Below are positions 1 to 13,359 of a DNA stretch of 64,000 nucleotides, piece by piece (within the stretch, counting starts at the first letter, position 1; the number at the start of each line of letters is the position of its first letter). Made by a program: the position numbers and the translations under genes. The stretch spans positions 1,486,492 through 1,550,491 of the forward strand of contig NC_068988.1 in NCBI RefSeq assembly GCF_001194135.2. The letters are read 5' to 3'. The notes beneath the pieces were generated by a model. That model did no database searches. It was given only the letters and a program-made list of their open reading frames with translations, and was not told the DNA's origin. This DNA comes from Octopus bimaculoides. Its lineage: Eukaryota.

Positions 1-96
1 TAGTGGGGGTGGGTGCGCTGAAAGTGTAGCTCTCTAAACTTTGCCCAGGCTATTCTTATTCTAGCAGCTACACTTTCAGCGCACCCACCCCCACTA
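1..96. repeat. Perfect 31-bp inverted repeat with 34-nt spacer
   Basis: Bases 1-31 are the exact reverse complement of 66-96. Confidence 0.95.
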
Positions 97-514
97 CTAA
101 CTTGGTTGCCCAAGCTGTTAAGGGAAGTGAGAAAGCTGAATTTAAAATCTGAATTACTGCAAATTGTGTCATACTCCTCTCTCAGTGCTTCATTTCTAGA
201 ATGAACGGATGACACAGACGATCATTAACAGCTCATTAATAAACTGATGGCAATATTTGGTTTTGAAATTGAAATCTGAATTTATTAGAAATATTGATTT
301 CAAATTTCGGCACAACGCCAGCAATTTTAGGGAAGGGGTTAAATCGATACCCAGAAAGAATGGAAGTGAAAGTCAACCTCCGTGGTATTTGAACTCAAAA
401 CATAAAGAGACCAGCATTTTGTCTGGCGTGCTAATGATTCTGCCAGCATGCTACATTCATGATGATGATGATAATCCTTTCTTCTACATGCACAAAGCCT
501 GAAATTTGAGGGAT

Positions 515-700
515 GTGGGGGGGGGGGTAGTCGATTACATCGACCCCCCAGTACTCAATTGGTACTTATTCCATCGACCCCTGAAAAGGATGAAAGGCAA
601 AGTTGACCTCAGCGGAATTTGAACTCCGAACCTGAAGATGGATTAAATGCCTCTAAGTATTCCACCCAGCGACGCTAACGATTCTGCCAGCTCACTGCCT
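515..700 (-). mobile_element. tRNA-derived SINE, family A (GGCAGAATCGTTAGC...GAGTTCAAAT...GCCTTTCATCCTTT...AGTACCAG)
   Basis: A/B-box-like head plus a shared body. Other copies near 22660-22860, 24560-25020, 36930-37380, 37740-37900, 39360-39485, 49030-49470, 51895-52010 and 62912-63120. Confidence 0.85.
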
Positions 701-712
701 TATCATCATCAT

Positions 713-751
<39 letters not shown>

Positions 752-1378
752 TTTCAAATTTTGGAACTAGTCCAGTAGTTTTGGGGGGAAGTGCTAAGAT
801 GATTATATTGACCTCACCCCCCCCCAGTGGTCAACTAGTAGTTATTTAGACTGTTGTGGTTCAACCTGCCTGCCACACCTTATATTTATAAGGAATATTA
901 AAATATTATCCCCCTAAAAGAAAGAAATAGTTTGTGTCTAGCGCAAAGCTTAATCTCTCTCTTCTCCGTTAACCAGGATTCTGGGTTTCACCAAGAATTC
1001 TGAAACTATTCAACTGTGAGGCTAAATGTCTTTTTGTCAGTAAAAGATAAACTCCCATGATGCTCTTTTCACCCCCACCCCACCCCTCTTGCTCTAAATT
1101 CTGCATTGATTACAGTAATTCCAATTATTTTTCTGCATCATTGAACATTTATGTTTTGTCTGATTCTTCTTTAGCTGTCTTCACCAAAATCAATATTCTT
1201 CTAATTTGGTTGTTTTCTTTCTTTTTGTTCCTTTGTTTTTTTTTTGTTTTTGTTTTTTCTATTAATTAAAAAAAAAAAATAAACAACCAAAGAAATAAAC
1301 CGTTGTCTTCATTGCAGAAACTTCTGAAATTTATTTATTTATTTATATTTGTATTTTTTCTTTCTATTTTTATTGTAG

Positions 1379-1417
1379 AAGATTCTTGAAGAGTTAGGTT
1401 TTGGTCAAATGGTAAAA
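1379..1417 (+). CDS. Dyb: Candidate 39-nt dystrobrevin cassette microexon (KILEELGFGQMVK)
   Basis: Long pyrimidine tract ending ttgtag; donor AAA|gtaagt; only phase 0 is open, matching the phase-0 start of exon 12290. Confidence 0.55.
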
Positions 1418-1579
1418 GTAAGTCCACTGCTATGATCAAATGTATTTTAGCTTGACCACTCAATTGTCCATTAGCCTAACATGCCTTGTCCTGAGTTTTC
1501 CAAACCAAACAGATGACCATTCCTCTGGCTCTCCTTCTGCTTCTCTCCAACTAACCAAAATGCATTCTACAAATAACTG

Positions 1580-1970
1580 CCTTTGATACTCCTTAAAACC
1601 AGAATCCTTTATACTCACCTTAATAAACTCAATACTCCTTGATACTCCTATAATGACATGTTTCATACTCACCATAATAACTTCGATGTCTCCTTCATTA
1701 CTCCTTATAACCAGAATCCTTTATACTCACCTTAATAAACTCAACATCTACCTTGAAACTCCTTATAACAAGAATCTTTTATACTCACCATAATAAATTC
1801 GATGTCTCCTTTATTACTCCTTCTATACTCACCGTAGCAAACTCTATATCTATGCTGATACTCTTTGTAATAACGATTGTATACTCACCATAATCATTCA
1901 ATGTCTATCTTGATACTCCTTATAATAACAATGCTGTACCCACCATATTAAACTCTACATTTCTTTTAAC
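1580..1970. repeat. Degenerate tandem repeat (about 65-70 bp units)
   Basis: Recurrent tgatactccttata...tatactcacc(a/t)taata units. Confidence 0.75.
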
Positions 1971-2099
1971 ATGCTTCCATAGATTGTTCTGGTATAAACT
2001 CTATGGATTCGCCTGACACAAGGGGCTGAGGGTGAATATGGAATGTCTAAATCAGTTAAACTCACAAGATGCAAAAATTTAACACATTATCTCAACAGA

Positions 2100-2490
2100 C
2101 ATAGGTGCAGGTGTGGCTGTGTGGTAAGAGGTTTGCTTCCCAACCACATGGTTCCAAGTTCAGTTCCACTGTGTGATACCTTAGGCAAGTTTCTTCTGCT
2201 ATAGCGTTGGGCCGACCAAAACCTTGTGAGTGCATTTGGTAGACAGAAACTGAAAGAAGCCTGTCAAATATACGCATGTATGAATATGTCTGTGTTTGTC
2301 ACCCACCACCACTTTACAACTGCTGTTGGTGTGTTTCCATCCCCCATAACTTAGCAGTTAGATATAAGAGACTGATATGAGTACCAGGTTTTTTTAAAAA
2401 AAGTAAAGTCCTGGGGTTGATTCATTCGACTAAATTTCTCCAAGGTGTTACCCCAGCATGAACACAACCTAATGATTGAAACAAGTAAAA
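2100..2490 (+). mobile_element. tRNA-derived SINE, family B (CORE-like GGCACCTTGGGCAAG, internal microsatellite)
   Basis: Head GTGGCTGTGTGGTAAG...GTTCAGTTCC and tail CATGGCC..TGACTGAAACAAGT. Copies at 15478-15850, 31300-31980, 43215-43575, 54625-54840, 57125-57270 and 63865-64000. Confidence 0.85.
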
Positions 2491-3673
2491 ACTAAATGAT
2501 AAATACCTTGACCTGACATGAAGACTCTTAGAATGGTTGAATCATGCAAGTCGGCCCTGATTAGGTTTGTCGATTCATGTTGGCTTTGCCTTGTTTCCAA
2601 TGGCTGATCAGTTAAATCAATATCGATTGACCTGGTAAATCTGCATAAAACATCTGCATGAACTGCCCCAGAAAGTCAATACAAGTTAATTGAACATTAT
2701 CTGCATGGGTTCATTTTACAAATCAACATGATTCGACCTCACAAACCAGTCTAAGTTCACCCAGCAAATCTGAATGAAATGTTTCAACATCTTTGTTGAG
2801 GCTGACCTGGAAAATCTGACTGGGTTGGTCACTATGGATTGGTTTTGCATGTCACTATTATAATAACTTTTTATATCTTGTGTTCCTTTTACCCATTTTC
2901 CATAATGACCTTATATTAACCAACAATTCCTAATTAGTACTTAATCGTTAGATATAATTTCAAACACTTAACCCTTAGATATAAATCCAAGTAACTTATT
3001 AAACTGAATTTTTCATAATTAACAATGCTTTTTTTTTTCTTTCTTAATGAATCTCTTTGTTCTTAATATGTTCTGGCAGATTTGAATGTGAATATCTGAT
3101 TGCTGTTGTTTTTGCATCATGGAACACACATCGTTTGATGCGAAGAGGTGTTCTTCAATGATATTAAACAAGAGTGATCAACATTTTCACATTGCAATCT
3201 GCTAAAACTTATTAAGAATGAAGAGATACGCTATTCTTTGGATTCTTGCTGCTGTGCGTGCATCCCATGAATAATTATCTGTTTGGCAGACATCAGCAAA
3301 TAATTTGTTTTGCTGATTCCTATAAACCTGTGCTCTTGGGAGAGTCGTTGGTCTGGTGGGGGAGCTTTCACTGAAGAGATCAACAAGGTTGAAATATCGC
3401 TGTGTCTTGAAATCCCCTTCCACTGGTGAATCGTGTGTTAGGATCACACATTAACTAACGAGAGAAAATGTTCTCTGATGACAAAAACAACAACAATTGA
3501 CATCTTTACTTTGGAATCCACCAGAATGTATCAAAAATGAATAGTTATGTTATTGTCTGGATTCTTCCTCTTTTGCATGCACCTCTTGAAATTTTGTCTT
3601 CTCTTGTATTAAATCCATTCTCATATTTCCAATTATTTCTATTTCTTCTTTAATAAAATAATTGATAAATCAA

Positions 3674-4470
3674 TCTATTATATAAAAGTCAATGTCGGTG
3701 TGTTTGTGTGTTACTTATAGACTCGAAAACTACTGGATTGATCCTAATGAAATTTGTAATACAAAATCCAAGCCTAGGGAGAAGGATAATGCTGTATGTT
3801 TCACACAATTTTGAAGGGGCATAAAGGGAGGAAAACCCCCGTGAAAATTCATATGCTTCAGATTTTGATGAAATTTGAACCGCACAAAGTTTCCATTTCT
3901 TTGGATGATTCTAAGACCCCCTAATGGGGGCTTAACCCCCAAGTTTTAGTTATTTTCCATGGACCAAAATTACTGAGTGGATCCTTATGATATTTGGAAC
4001 TTAGATTCAATGCATTAGAATGGGTATAATGCAGTATGTTTGGTTTGAGTTTGAGGGGGATTAAAGGGGGCAGAACCCCCCCATGGAAATTCATAAATTT
4101 CCAATGTTGATGAACTTTCGACCATAGGTAATTGACGCACATCAAGAAGTATTCCCAAAGTTTCCCGTTCTCATGAGGCTTCTATGACCCCCTAATGGCG
4201 ACCTTAACTCCCAAATTTTAGTCATTTTTTATGATCCAAAACAAGGTCAAAAGTACTGAATGGATCTTTATGAAATTTAGAAATTATATTCTATGCATAA
4301 GGGCAGATGTAATGCAGTATATGTTTGAAAGTGAGGGGGCATAAATGAGGCCATAACCCCCATGAAAATTCATATATATTTACTGTTGATGAAATTTTAA
4401 CCATAGATATTAGACACAAATGAAGTAATTTCCTAAAATTTCAATTTCTTAGGAGGTTAAGACCCTTTAA
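3674..4470 (+). mobile_element. Non-autonomous Helitron/Helentron-like element with three ~250-bp internal tandem units
   Basis: Starts A|TCTATTATATAAAAG, then gtgtgtttgtgtg and aaaactactggattgatcctaatgaaattt; repeated units contain gacccc(c)taatgg. No 3' CTAG end seen. Confidence 0.55.
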
Positions 4471-4479
4471 TGGGGGCTT

Positions 4480-4519
<40 letters not shown>

Positions 4520-4531
4520 TGCACATACATA

Positions 4532-4754
4532 CATGAGGGGGTGCTGAAAAGTTCCTGGCTTTAAGGGCATCGTGAAAGGCTTGGTTGGAGGCCCAACCTT
4601 CCAAGTTCTTTTACAGGACTTAGAATAAGTGAAGGACCGCTGCAATAAGTGAGTGAATCTGAGAGGGGAATATGTTGAATAAAATCATAATTAACTGATC
4701 CCCCACTGTATTTTCTCTTACCCAAAGCCAGGACCTTTTCAGCAACCCCTCGTG
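4532..4754 (+). mobile_element. Mariner-derived MITE with TA target-site duplication
   Basis: ~30-bp TIRs CAyGAGGGGkTGCTGAAAAGkTCCTGGCTTT flanked by TA; internal remnant of the transposase C-terminus (DRCNK..NLRGEYVE*). Confidence 0.85.
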
Positions 4755-5579
4755 TATTTATGTATGCATGCATGTATGTATGTGTGTGTGTGTGTGTATG
4801 TATGGCTTCTTGTCACTTTGAGTGCCTTTAGGTGAAACTCAGAGTAGCAAGAGCCTGACTTGACCAGAATAAAATGTCATTCATCTCTACCATAGTATTG
4901 AGCACTCTTTTATTCCAACAGTTGATACGAGACACACACAAACCCACACATGCACACACCTTCTCTGTATATGGTAATTCATACTTCCCTAGTTAAACAC
5001 ATTTTAGTCAATCAAGTACACGACCGATCATGGAATTGGATTCAGATCATAGAATCTGAATCATTATATTTTGACTCTGCTTGCTTCTCTTTGGTATAAA
5101 TGACACTATTCATAAATTTCAATTCATAAGAAGAAGACATTCAACCATTTTCTTCTCATATCAATGATCTTCTGTTACCATAGTTTGCGATGGTGCTGTG
5201 ATGAGATTTAGCAGAAAGAACAGTTTTTGTATAAAGTTTTAATACACCACAATTACCAAATGCTGTCTCCATTGAAAGAGGTTAGCATGATAATAGCTTT
5301 TATGTTGTATAAGTAATAGGAAATTGCTGCGTTCTGTGTGAGCTTTGGGAAATTCTTTGACAAAGAGACGACATGCCAGGAATTACAAGCAAGCAATGAG
5401 ATATGTGGAACTCATCATGTGAGAATTTCTAAAGAGGAAACTAATCAGATGAAATATTTTTTTGAAAAATTATTACATAATCATCTAGCTCGTCTCTTTT
5501 GTTCACATATTTCTGTCTACTCCATGTCTGTACAGTGTATACATGTGCATAATAATGTATAGTATGTAATATAGAAAGG

Positions 5580-5880
5580 CTTGTGGCTTACTAGTTAGGA
5601 TATTCAGCTCACAATGTCGAGGTTGTGAGTTCAATTCCTGGTGGCATATTGTGTCGTTGAGCAAGACGCTTTATTTGATGTTGCTCTGGTCCACTCAGCT
5701 GGCAAAAATGAATGGTACCTGTAATTCAAAGGGTCAGCCATGCCACATTCTGTGTCATGCTGAATCTCCTCAAGGGTACCCATGTCTGTGCTTGACTACT
5801 TTCATGTTAATCGTATGAGAGCTGGCTGTTCCATTGATTGGATTAACTAAAACCTTCATTGTTATAAGCGACAGAATGCC
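5580..5880 (+). mobile_element. tRNA-derived SINE, family C
   Basis: Head ...GTGAGTTCAATTCC, body GAGCAAGAC..CCACTCAGCTGGCAAAAATGA. Copies at 7740-8040, 18990-19270 (-), 20765-20875, 55915-56030 and 60500-60760 (-). Confidence 0.8.
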
Positions 5881-6415
5881 AATTTGTTCCTATATAAACC
5901 AGTGAAAATATATACCCCAAGTAATTTGGGTGATGATCCAATGTAGAGTTCAGAGTCGGGGTTCTGGGGTTAAAATACTTTCCTCTTTCCATCAAAGTGT
6001 TAAGCTCTATAAACGATATCTGTTAACCCTTGCCCTTCCTGCTCTTGTGCTTTTTGTTGTTCAATACATTTATCACACACACACACACACACACACACAC
6101 ATGCACACACATACATTCATTTTATAAATTACATTAAAAATTTCTGGCTTGAATAATGGCAAGTTCTGAGCCATTATTTTAAGCTCCTGTTGAACTCTGG
6201 ATAAACCATTCTGTTTATGAAATGTCGGAGGTTGGAACTGGTCGCCCATTTCTGCCAACTAAAGGAATTAAATGGTGCAACAAAGAATAAAAGAGAAACT
6301 AAAGCAATGTTCTGGGATTATTTTCCATATATAATAGAGCAAGGTGGTGTGTGTGTGTGTAAAAGTGAATATATTTATGAATATCTGCATGTATGAGTTG
6401 GTATGAATATGTGTT

Positions 6416-6459
<44 letters not shown>

Positions 6460-6578
6460 CAGAGAAAGAGATAGAGAAAGTAAGAAAAAGGGACAGATAA
6501 ATGGCTAAGGAAATAACTTAGTGGATATATGTATCCTTGTAGATGTGTGTGTATGTTTGTGTGTGTGGGTCTCTAGAG

Positions 6579-6613
<35 letters not shown>

Positions 6614-6880
6614 TATANNNNNNNNNNNNNNNNNNNNNNNNNNNNNNNNNNNNNNNNNNNNNNNNNNNNNNNNNNNNNNNNNNNNNNNNNNNNNNNNNNN
6701 NNNNNNNNNNNNNNNNNNNNNNNNNNNNNNNNNNNNNNNNNNNNNNNNNNNNNNNNNNNNNNNNNNNNNNNNNNNNNNNNNNNNNNNNNNNNNNNNNNNN
6801 NNNNNNNNNNNNNNNNNNNNNNNNNNNNNNNNNNNNNNNNNNNNNNNNNNNNNNNNNNNNNNNNNNNNNNNNNNNNNNNN

Positions 6881-6928
<48 letters not shown>

Positions 6929-9087
6929 AATGGGTGGTTATAATGATAGGTTGGTGGATAGAGAAAGGTAGATAGGAAACATCGGTAGGGAATGAAAAGA
7001 AACAAAATAATTAGATACCAACAGATATTTGAATCAGTAGATATAATGGCACATACATACACACATGTACATACACACACTAGCACAAAGAGAGAGAGAG
7101 AGAGAGATAATGCTATTGAGATGATATCGTCTGCATTATAGGAAATGAACCGTAGCCTCTTGCTTTTCTTTCCATTATCGACTCTCACGATTATGTTTGA
7201 GTTGGTGTGTGTATATATATGTATGGGTGTATGGGTGTGTGTTTATGTAAGTATGCATGTGTTTATATGTAGGAATGTATGTGGGTGTCTATACATTTAT
7301 ATACACATGTATTCTTTTGTTCTTCTGCTTGTTTCAGTCATTGGACTGTGGCCATGTTGGGGTCACACACACACACACACACACACACTTTTGTTCTACT
7401 TTTATTCATATATATATATACACCATTTATATATATATTACTTTATATATATATTTTATGTTCAATTTCTATTATTGCATGTTATTTTGTCATAAATATC
7501 AGAAAGCAGTTTTGTGATAGCAACGTTCCATAAACTCTGAGTAGTAGCAGGGAGTAACATTCATCATCATCATCATCATCATTTGATGTCTGTTTTCCAT
7601 GCTGGCATGGGTTGAAGAGTTTGAGAAGGAGCTGGCGACAGTGCCTCAACCACAGGTGTTCGTCTAATCCATGCCAGCATAGAAAAATAGATGTAAAACC
7701 AAAATATATTTTATGTAGTGTTGTCTTTACTGAAGTGAATGTGCTTGGCTCAATGCATAGGATATTTGACTTGTGAATCATAAGGCTGTGAGTTCAATTC
7801 CCCAGTGGTGCATTCATGCAAGACACGTTATTTCACATTGGTCCAGTCCCCTTGGCTGGCAAAAGTTAATCGTCCATGGATTTCAAAGGGGTCAGCCTTG
7901 TTACATTCTGTGTCACACTGAATCACCTTCAGAGCTACATTAAGGGTATGCATATCAATGGTGTACTCAGCCACTTGCATTTTAATTTCACAAGCTAGCT
8001 GTTCCATGGATCAAATCACACCAGAACATTAATTGTTGTAAACAACAATGTTACTTTTTTCCTTTTTACTGAAAAAGTTTAAAATTCGTTGGTGCCCCCC
8101 CCCTCCTTTTCTTTTGTGGTTTTCGTGTCACTCCAATCAAGTTCATATTTGGAATTTGTCTCGTTTTGGTCCTACAGGTTATTCAGTGTACCACTAATCA
8201 AATCTTTCCGCTCATGCATTTTTCGCAATGGCCATGTTGGAATATGTTATTGACCACAAGATTTAAAGATATCTCTGTTTATCTTGTATTTTAACTGAGT
8301 AGATTTGATTACCTGCAGCTGTTGAAGATTACTTATTCATCGTTGTTGTTGCTGTTGTTGTTGTTGTTGTTAGAGAATTAATATTTCCACTTCTTAATGC
8401 TGTCCAATTATGAGCTACTTTCAATCACATTTTCTAATTTCCTGGCTTCGTTTTAATTATGTCAGTTCTATCTCACATATAATTTCCAGTTTGATTAAAG
8501 AAAATTATCCATTGCTTTCTCTTTTAATTTTTATTTATTTATTTATTATTATTATTATTATTATTTTTGCATGACAGGATTAATATTAGAAGACAGTCTG
8601 TAGGAATGGTGTATTATAAAAAATAGAGATTTGTGTATTAGGTTGGAAAAATGGATGGAAGTAGTCTTTTTTTTTATGTCATTTGGATAACATCAGCGTT
8701 GCGTTCTGTTTAAGCCATAATCTGTGTGTGTGTTGGTATGTATGTATGTATGTATGTATGTGTGTATGTATGCATGTGTGTTTGTTCCTTCCTCGGTGAA
8801 TTGCTGTTGGCAAGCTCTCACATTCAATTGCAATCAAAGAACTCCTCTGATTCTCCAGGTTGATTACGATTGCTCAAAGTTCTTTCCTTTTTATATCTGA
8901 AATCTGCTTCCATTTTTAATAGATGGAACTGGAAATCTTTAAATCTTACATTTACATATGGATACTAACTCACACACACACACACACACACACATACACA
9001 CACATGAACATATATGTGTGTATTTGTGTACATATATACATACACGCATACATACACACACACATATATACACACACACATATAAAC

Positions 9088-9182
<95 letters not shown>

Positions 9183-9884
9183 CATAAACACACATCATAA
9201 CGTCCAATTTTCTATGCTTACACACACACACACACACTTATGTAAAAGTGTGTGTTGGAAAAAAGAGTTAATGTTCTCTTACATTTTTAATATTTTTTGT
9301 TTTTTTATGTTTTGATATATTTTTTTTTTCCATCTCAATTTCTTTTGCTATCATTTTTCATTTTATACTTTTAGTAAAAATTGCTGACAAAAGATGAAAT
9401 TTCATTTAGCCTTGCATTCAATAAAACAACAAGTAAATAAACAAACAAACCAAAGATGCTGCCTGAAATTACTTCTTTTGTAATATCCAGTCATAACCTA
9501 AGCTAAATAATTTTCAATTAAATTTCATCAGATATATATGTATAGACTAATTGCTGTGCTGATGATGTATATTGAGGCAGAAGCATGTCCAGCACTGTTC
9601 TCTTGTATTCAGACATTCAGAATGTCTTTTCTCTAATGACATTTCAGTTTTGAAGAATTCATAATTCTTGAGATTATTTCCTCATCTCATTTGGAGTTGG
9701 TACCAATTGCTGACAAGTGATTGGTCTCTGGAACTGGAGATAATTTCAATGCATCAAAAATTTATTTTGTATGTTATTATTCATCTTTATTGTTTAAATA
9801 GATACCACTAACTGCTCTCTGTTGTTTGTTTCAGCTCATCTCCATTTCATTTACAATTACATACACACACACACACACACATAC

Positions 9885-9921
<37 letters not shown>

Positions 9922-10087
9922 TTTGTATGTACAATCATTATATTGCTTTTATGTTTGATTCTAGCTAGGGGTAGAGAAAAATCTCTCTCTCTCTTTTCAG
10001 TGGTGCAGAGGCTACATCTTTTGCTTCCATTTACACCGGAGGACTATTGAAAGATGTAAATGAAATCAACATGTATTAGGCTCTTCC

Positions 10088-10124
<37 letters not shown>

Positions 10125-10813
10125 TATGAATGTGTATGTATGTATTCATTTTTTTTTTTATTTCTCACAATCCCTGCATGTTTTTTGGAACAGGATGGAA
10201 AATTATATACTCTGGATTCCCCTGTATAAAATGACTTTATTTACAGGAAATTCTATAAGAACTATGAAAAGGCCATCTCCAACCCCTTACATCCATTAAC
10301 AGACAGGTTGATGCCTTAGTTAATAAGGTTGATGATAAAACTAAGCCATACAGTTTTAGGAGCTTCCATTTCCTCCTTAAGGACCATAAGCCTTATTTCT
10401 TTGTAAATCCCTCTATCAGATTAATTAGCCCTGCCATGTCTCATATAAGCAATATTAGTAAGAGGATATTGGAAGGGGTCATAACCTTTATTTTTATCAC
10501 TTCCTACCTCTGCCTTGAGCACCTTCATCTTTTCTTCTCTCATCTGAATTGTTGTCATCTTTACAATAAGGGACCTGTTCTGGCCTTTTTTACTTTAATC
10601 CCTAATCTCCTTATATAAATTTATTCCCCTGGGGGGGGGGGTCGCAGTCTTGTAAACTGCATGGTAACCTCACTAGTGCTGATGGCGGTGTTAGGAAGGG
10701 CGTTCAGCCACAGAAACTATGCCAAAGTAGTTCTTGGATGCAGTTCTTGGACCTATCAGATCCTTATCAAACTGTTCATGCCAACATGAAACATGGGTAT
10801 GATGATGATGATG

Positions 10814-10863
<50 letters not shown>

Positions 10864-12289
10864 TTTTATGTGTGCCTGTGTGTATGCATACACTCACATT
10901 TATATACATTCACAGTACACATTTACAATCACACACACACGTGCACATGCTGGGTGTAGAATTCGTATATAAAATTTTGTTTCTCTTTTCTTTTTTTTTT
11001 TCTCCCATTTCAAAATATAGAAAAATCATTTCTGACTAATTTTACAATTAATGCATTTCAGGAAATGACTTCAAATTTCATTTAAATAAGAATTTTTTTC
11101 TTCTTTTAGCTACAGGAAGAATTCAGCAAAGTGTGCCATTACTTTGCTGTTGTTGTTGTTGTTGTTATTTGTTGCCATAAAATTTTTAATGTATGTTGGA
11201 TGTCTGCTGCTATTTTCTGATATTTTCACGAATATTTTACTGTTTGTTAATTTTTGATGTGAGATTAATTATTGTCAGATCTTTGAACAAAAGTTAATCA
11301 ATTAAATTGACTGAATGTGTTGTCTTTTGTGTTTCTCCATTTACCGTGGAATATTTACCGATGTTTCTGCGAATTATTCAAATGCAAGATTTACTTCTCA
11401 AAGAATAAAAAGATGGAAAGATAATTGTCACATCTTAACATCCTGTTCAATATTTCCCAAGTCTGATGCTCAGTCTTGTAATGACTGGGTAGAAGATACC
11501 TAAAAATGAGTTTGTTTATTCAAATGTTTATAGTGTATGCACTTGTGGTCACATTATTATGAAAATTGGAATTATTGCAGGAGAGACTTAGTTACAAAAC
11601 TATCCTGAAAATGGTGTCTGCCTCCCTTAAGTCTTTGTCTTAATAAAAGTATAAACTGCAACAAGTTCTTAGTTATATAAGTCAATGAGGGAGCCTCTTA
11701 TCAGTCTTTCAACTGGTTAGAAATAATAGCCAACTTTCCCTTAAGTTAAACCCTTAAAAGATTTGGGTAGTAAGGGTGGAATGTTTTTGGTTATGAGTTT
11801 GTTGAATCAGGATTGACTTGAGACTAAACAACAACAACAACAACAACTGCTTGTATGAACTGTGGGACTGTGAATGCTATATGAGTTTGTTTAATTAGTT
11901 TTAACTAATCTTAACATACTCAATGACTGGCTGTAGCAATCACAAAATATACATACATAGGGATATATAAATATATATATAACTCACGATATATATAAAT
12001 ATAGGTCCAACCCATGCCAGCATGGAAAGCAGACGTTAAATGATGATGATGATGATATATATATATACATATATCACAAAATATACATATAATTCTCATT
12101 GTGACATTAAACATTGATTATTCACTGAAACCATTTCACGACTGGAAATTCTGTCTAAACCTGTTCTATTTTCATGAAAGTTTATTATTGTTTACATAAA
12201 GACATTGGAATTTTGCTGTGGTTTTTTTTCTACCTTTCCTTTTTTCTTATTCTCTTTTTGTTGCTAATCCTTTGGCGTCCTTTAACCAG

Positions 12290-12398
12290 CGAGAAAAAGT
12301 TAATGTGAATGACTTCCTAAATGTTCTGATGTCAGACCCAGGTCCCCAATGTCTCATGTGGTTACCAATTCTTCATCGAATGAGTCAAGCAGAAAATG
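12290..12398 (+). CDS. Dyb: Dystrobrevin exon, end of EF-hand region
   Basis: tttaaccag|CGA...AAT G|gtgagt; peptide REKVNVNDFLNVLMSDPGPQCLMWLPILHRMSQAEN matches the family motif LMSDPxPQCLxWLPxLHR. Confidence 0.95.
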
Positions 12399-13359
12399 GT
12401 GAGTAAATCAACACTTTAATTTTTTTTGTTTCTCTAGAGTTAATTAAATACAGCATTAATTAATAGGATGTTAATTTACTGTGATGGTTAGTTCATTATG
12501 GTGGTAACTGCAGACTTATTTGAAATACTTCAGTTATGCTAAAACCATAATTATTTACTCTGTGTAAGTTGGTTTATAAAAGAGTTATATCAATTCAATG
12601 TAAAAGAAATACCAATTCTGTAATCTGCTGCCATTATAGAAGAAAAGTTCAAAATAATTTGACTTGTCATAAAATATGTCTTCTACAACAAACAGTGAAG
12701 TGAAGTCTGGCTTTGTCAGTTTCCATCAATATTTTACTGAAACTAGTTATTTCTCTTATTGAATCTGCATTACAACAACAACAACTAGAAGACCACTTTA
12801 GAGTTTGAAGATCTCTGGTGAGGAATAAGAAATTTCAGATTTTATGATATATTTCAAACAAAACACCTTTTAGATCTAACTCATAACCTTCATAATGCTG
12901 ATGTTTATGGGGTGGGCTTTAGATCAAAATGATGAACATGATGATGATGATGATGACACCACCAGCAGCAGCAGCAGCAAGTTAAATACTGACCAAAAAG
13001 TTTAATATATCTTTTAAGGATGAAGAATATTAATCTGCTTCTGACAGTTTCTATCAATTTGCATTGATTACGTTTTGCTGTGATTGATTCCTATATATAT
13101 ACCAGCCAGAGATAGTTTGTCTCTCTTTCTGGTGAACTTACATAACATCTCTTATCTTTTCCATCTTTGTGATTTTATTTATCATTGTTTTATAGAAAAC
13201 AATGTTTAATTAGTATTAAATCTGATGGATGTTTAGGTAACGATGGCAGTCATTACATAACATCCCTCATATTTATTAAACATTCTTTTCTATACACCCA
13301 GCTCATTGTTTTCTATACATGCAGCTATACACCCAGTACATTGTTTTCTATCCACCCAG

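Noticed and set aside
6505-9315. Long ORFs of YI/HT/VC repeats here and throughout the ORF track
   Set aside because: Translations of (AT)n, (CA)n and (GT)n microsatellites; no coding signal.
8578-10055. AG...GT segments 8578-8608 (31 nt) and 10001-10055 (55 nt)
   Set aside because: Neither is a multiple of 3 in a phase-0 intron; 8578 has a stop in phase 0; donors are weak.
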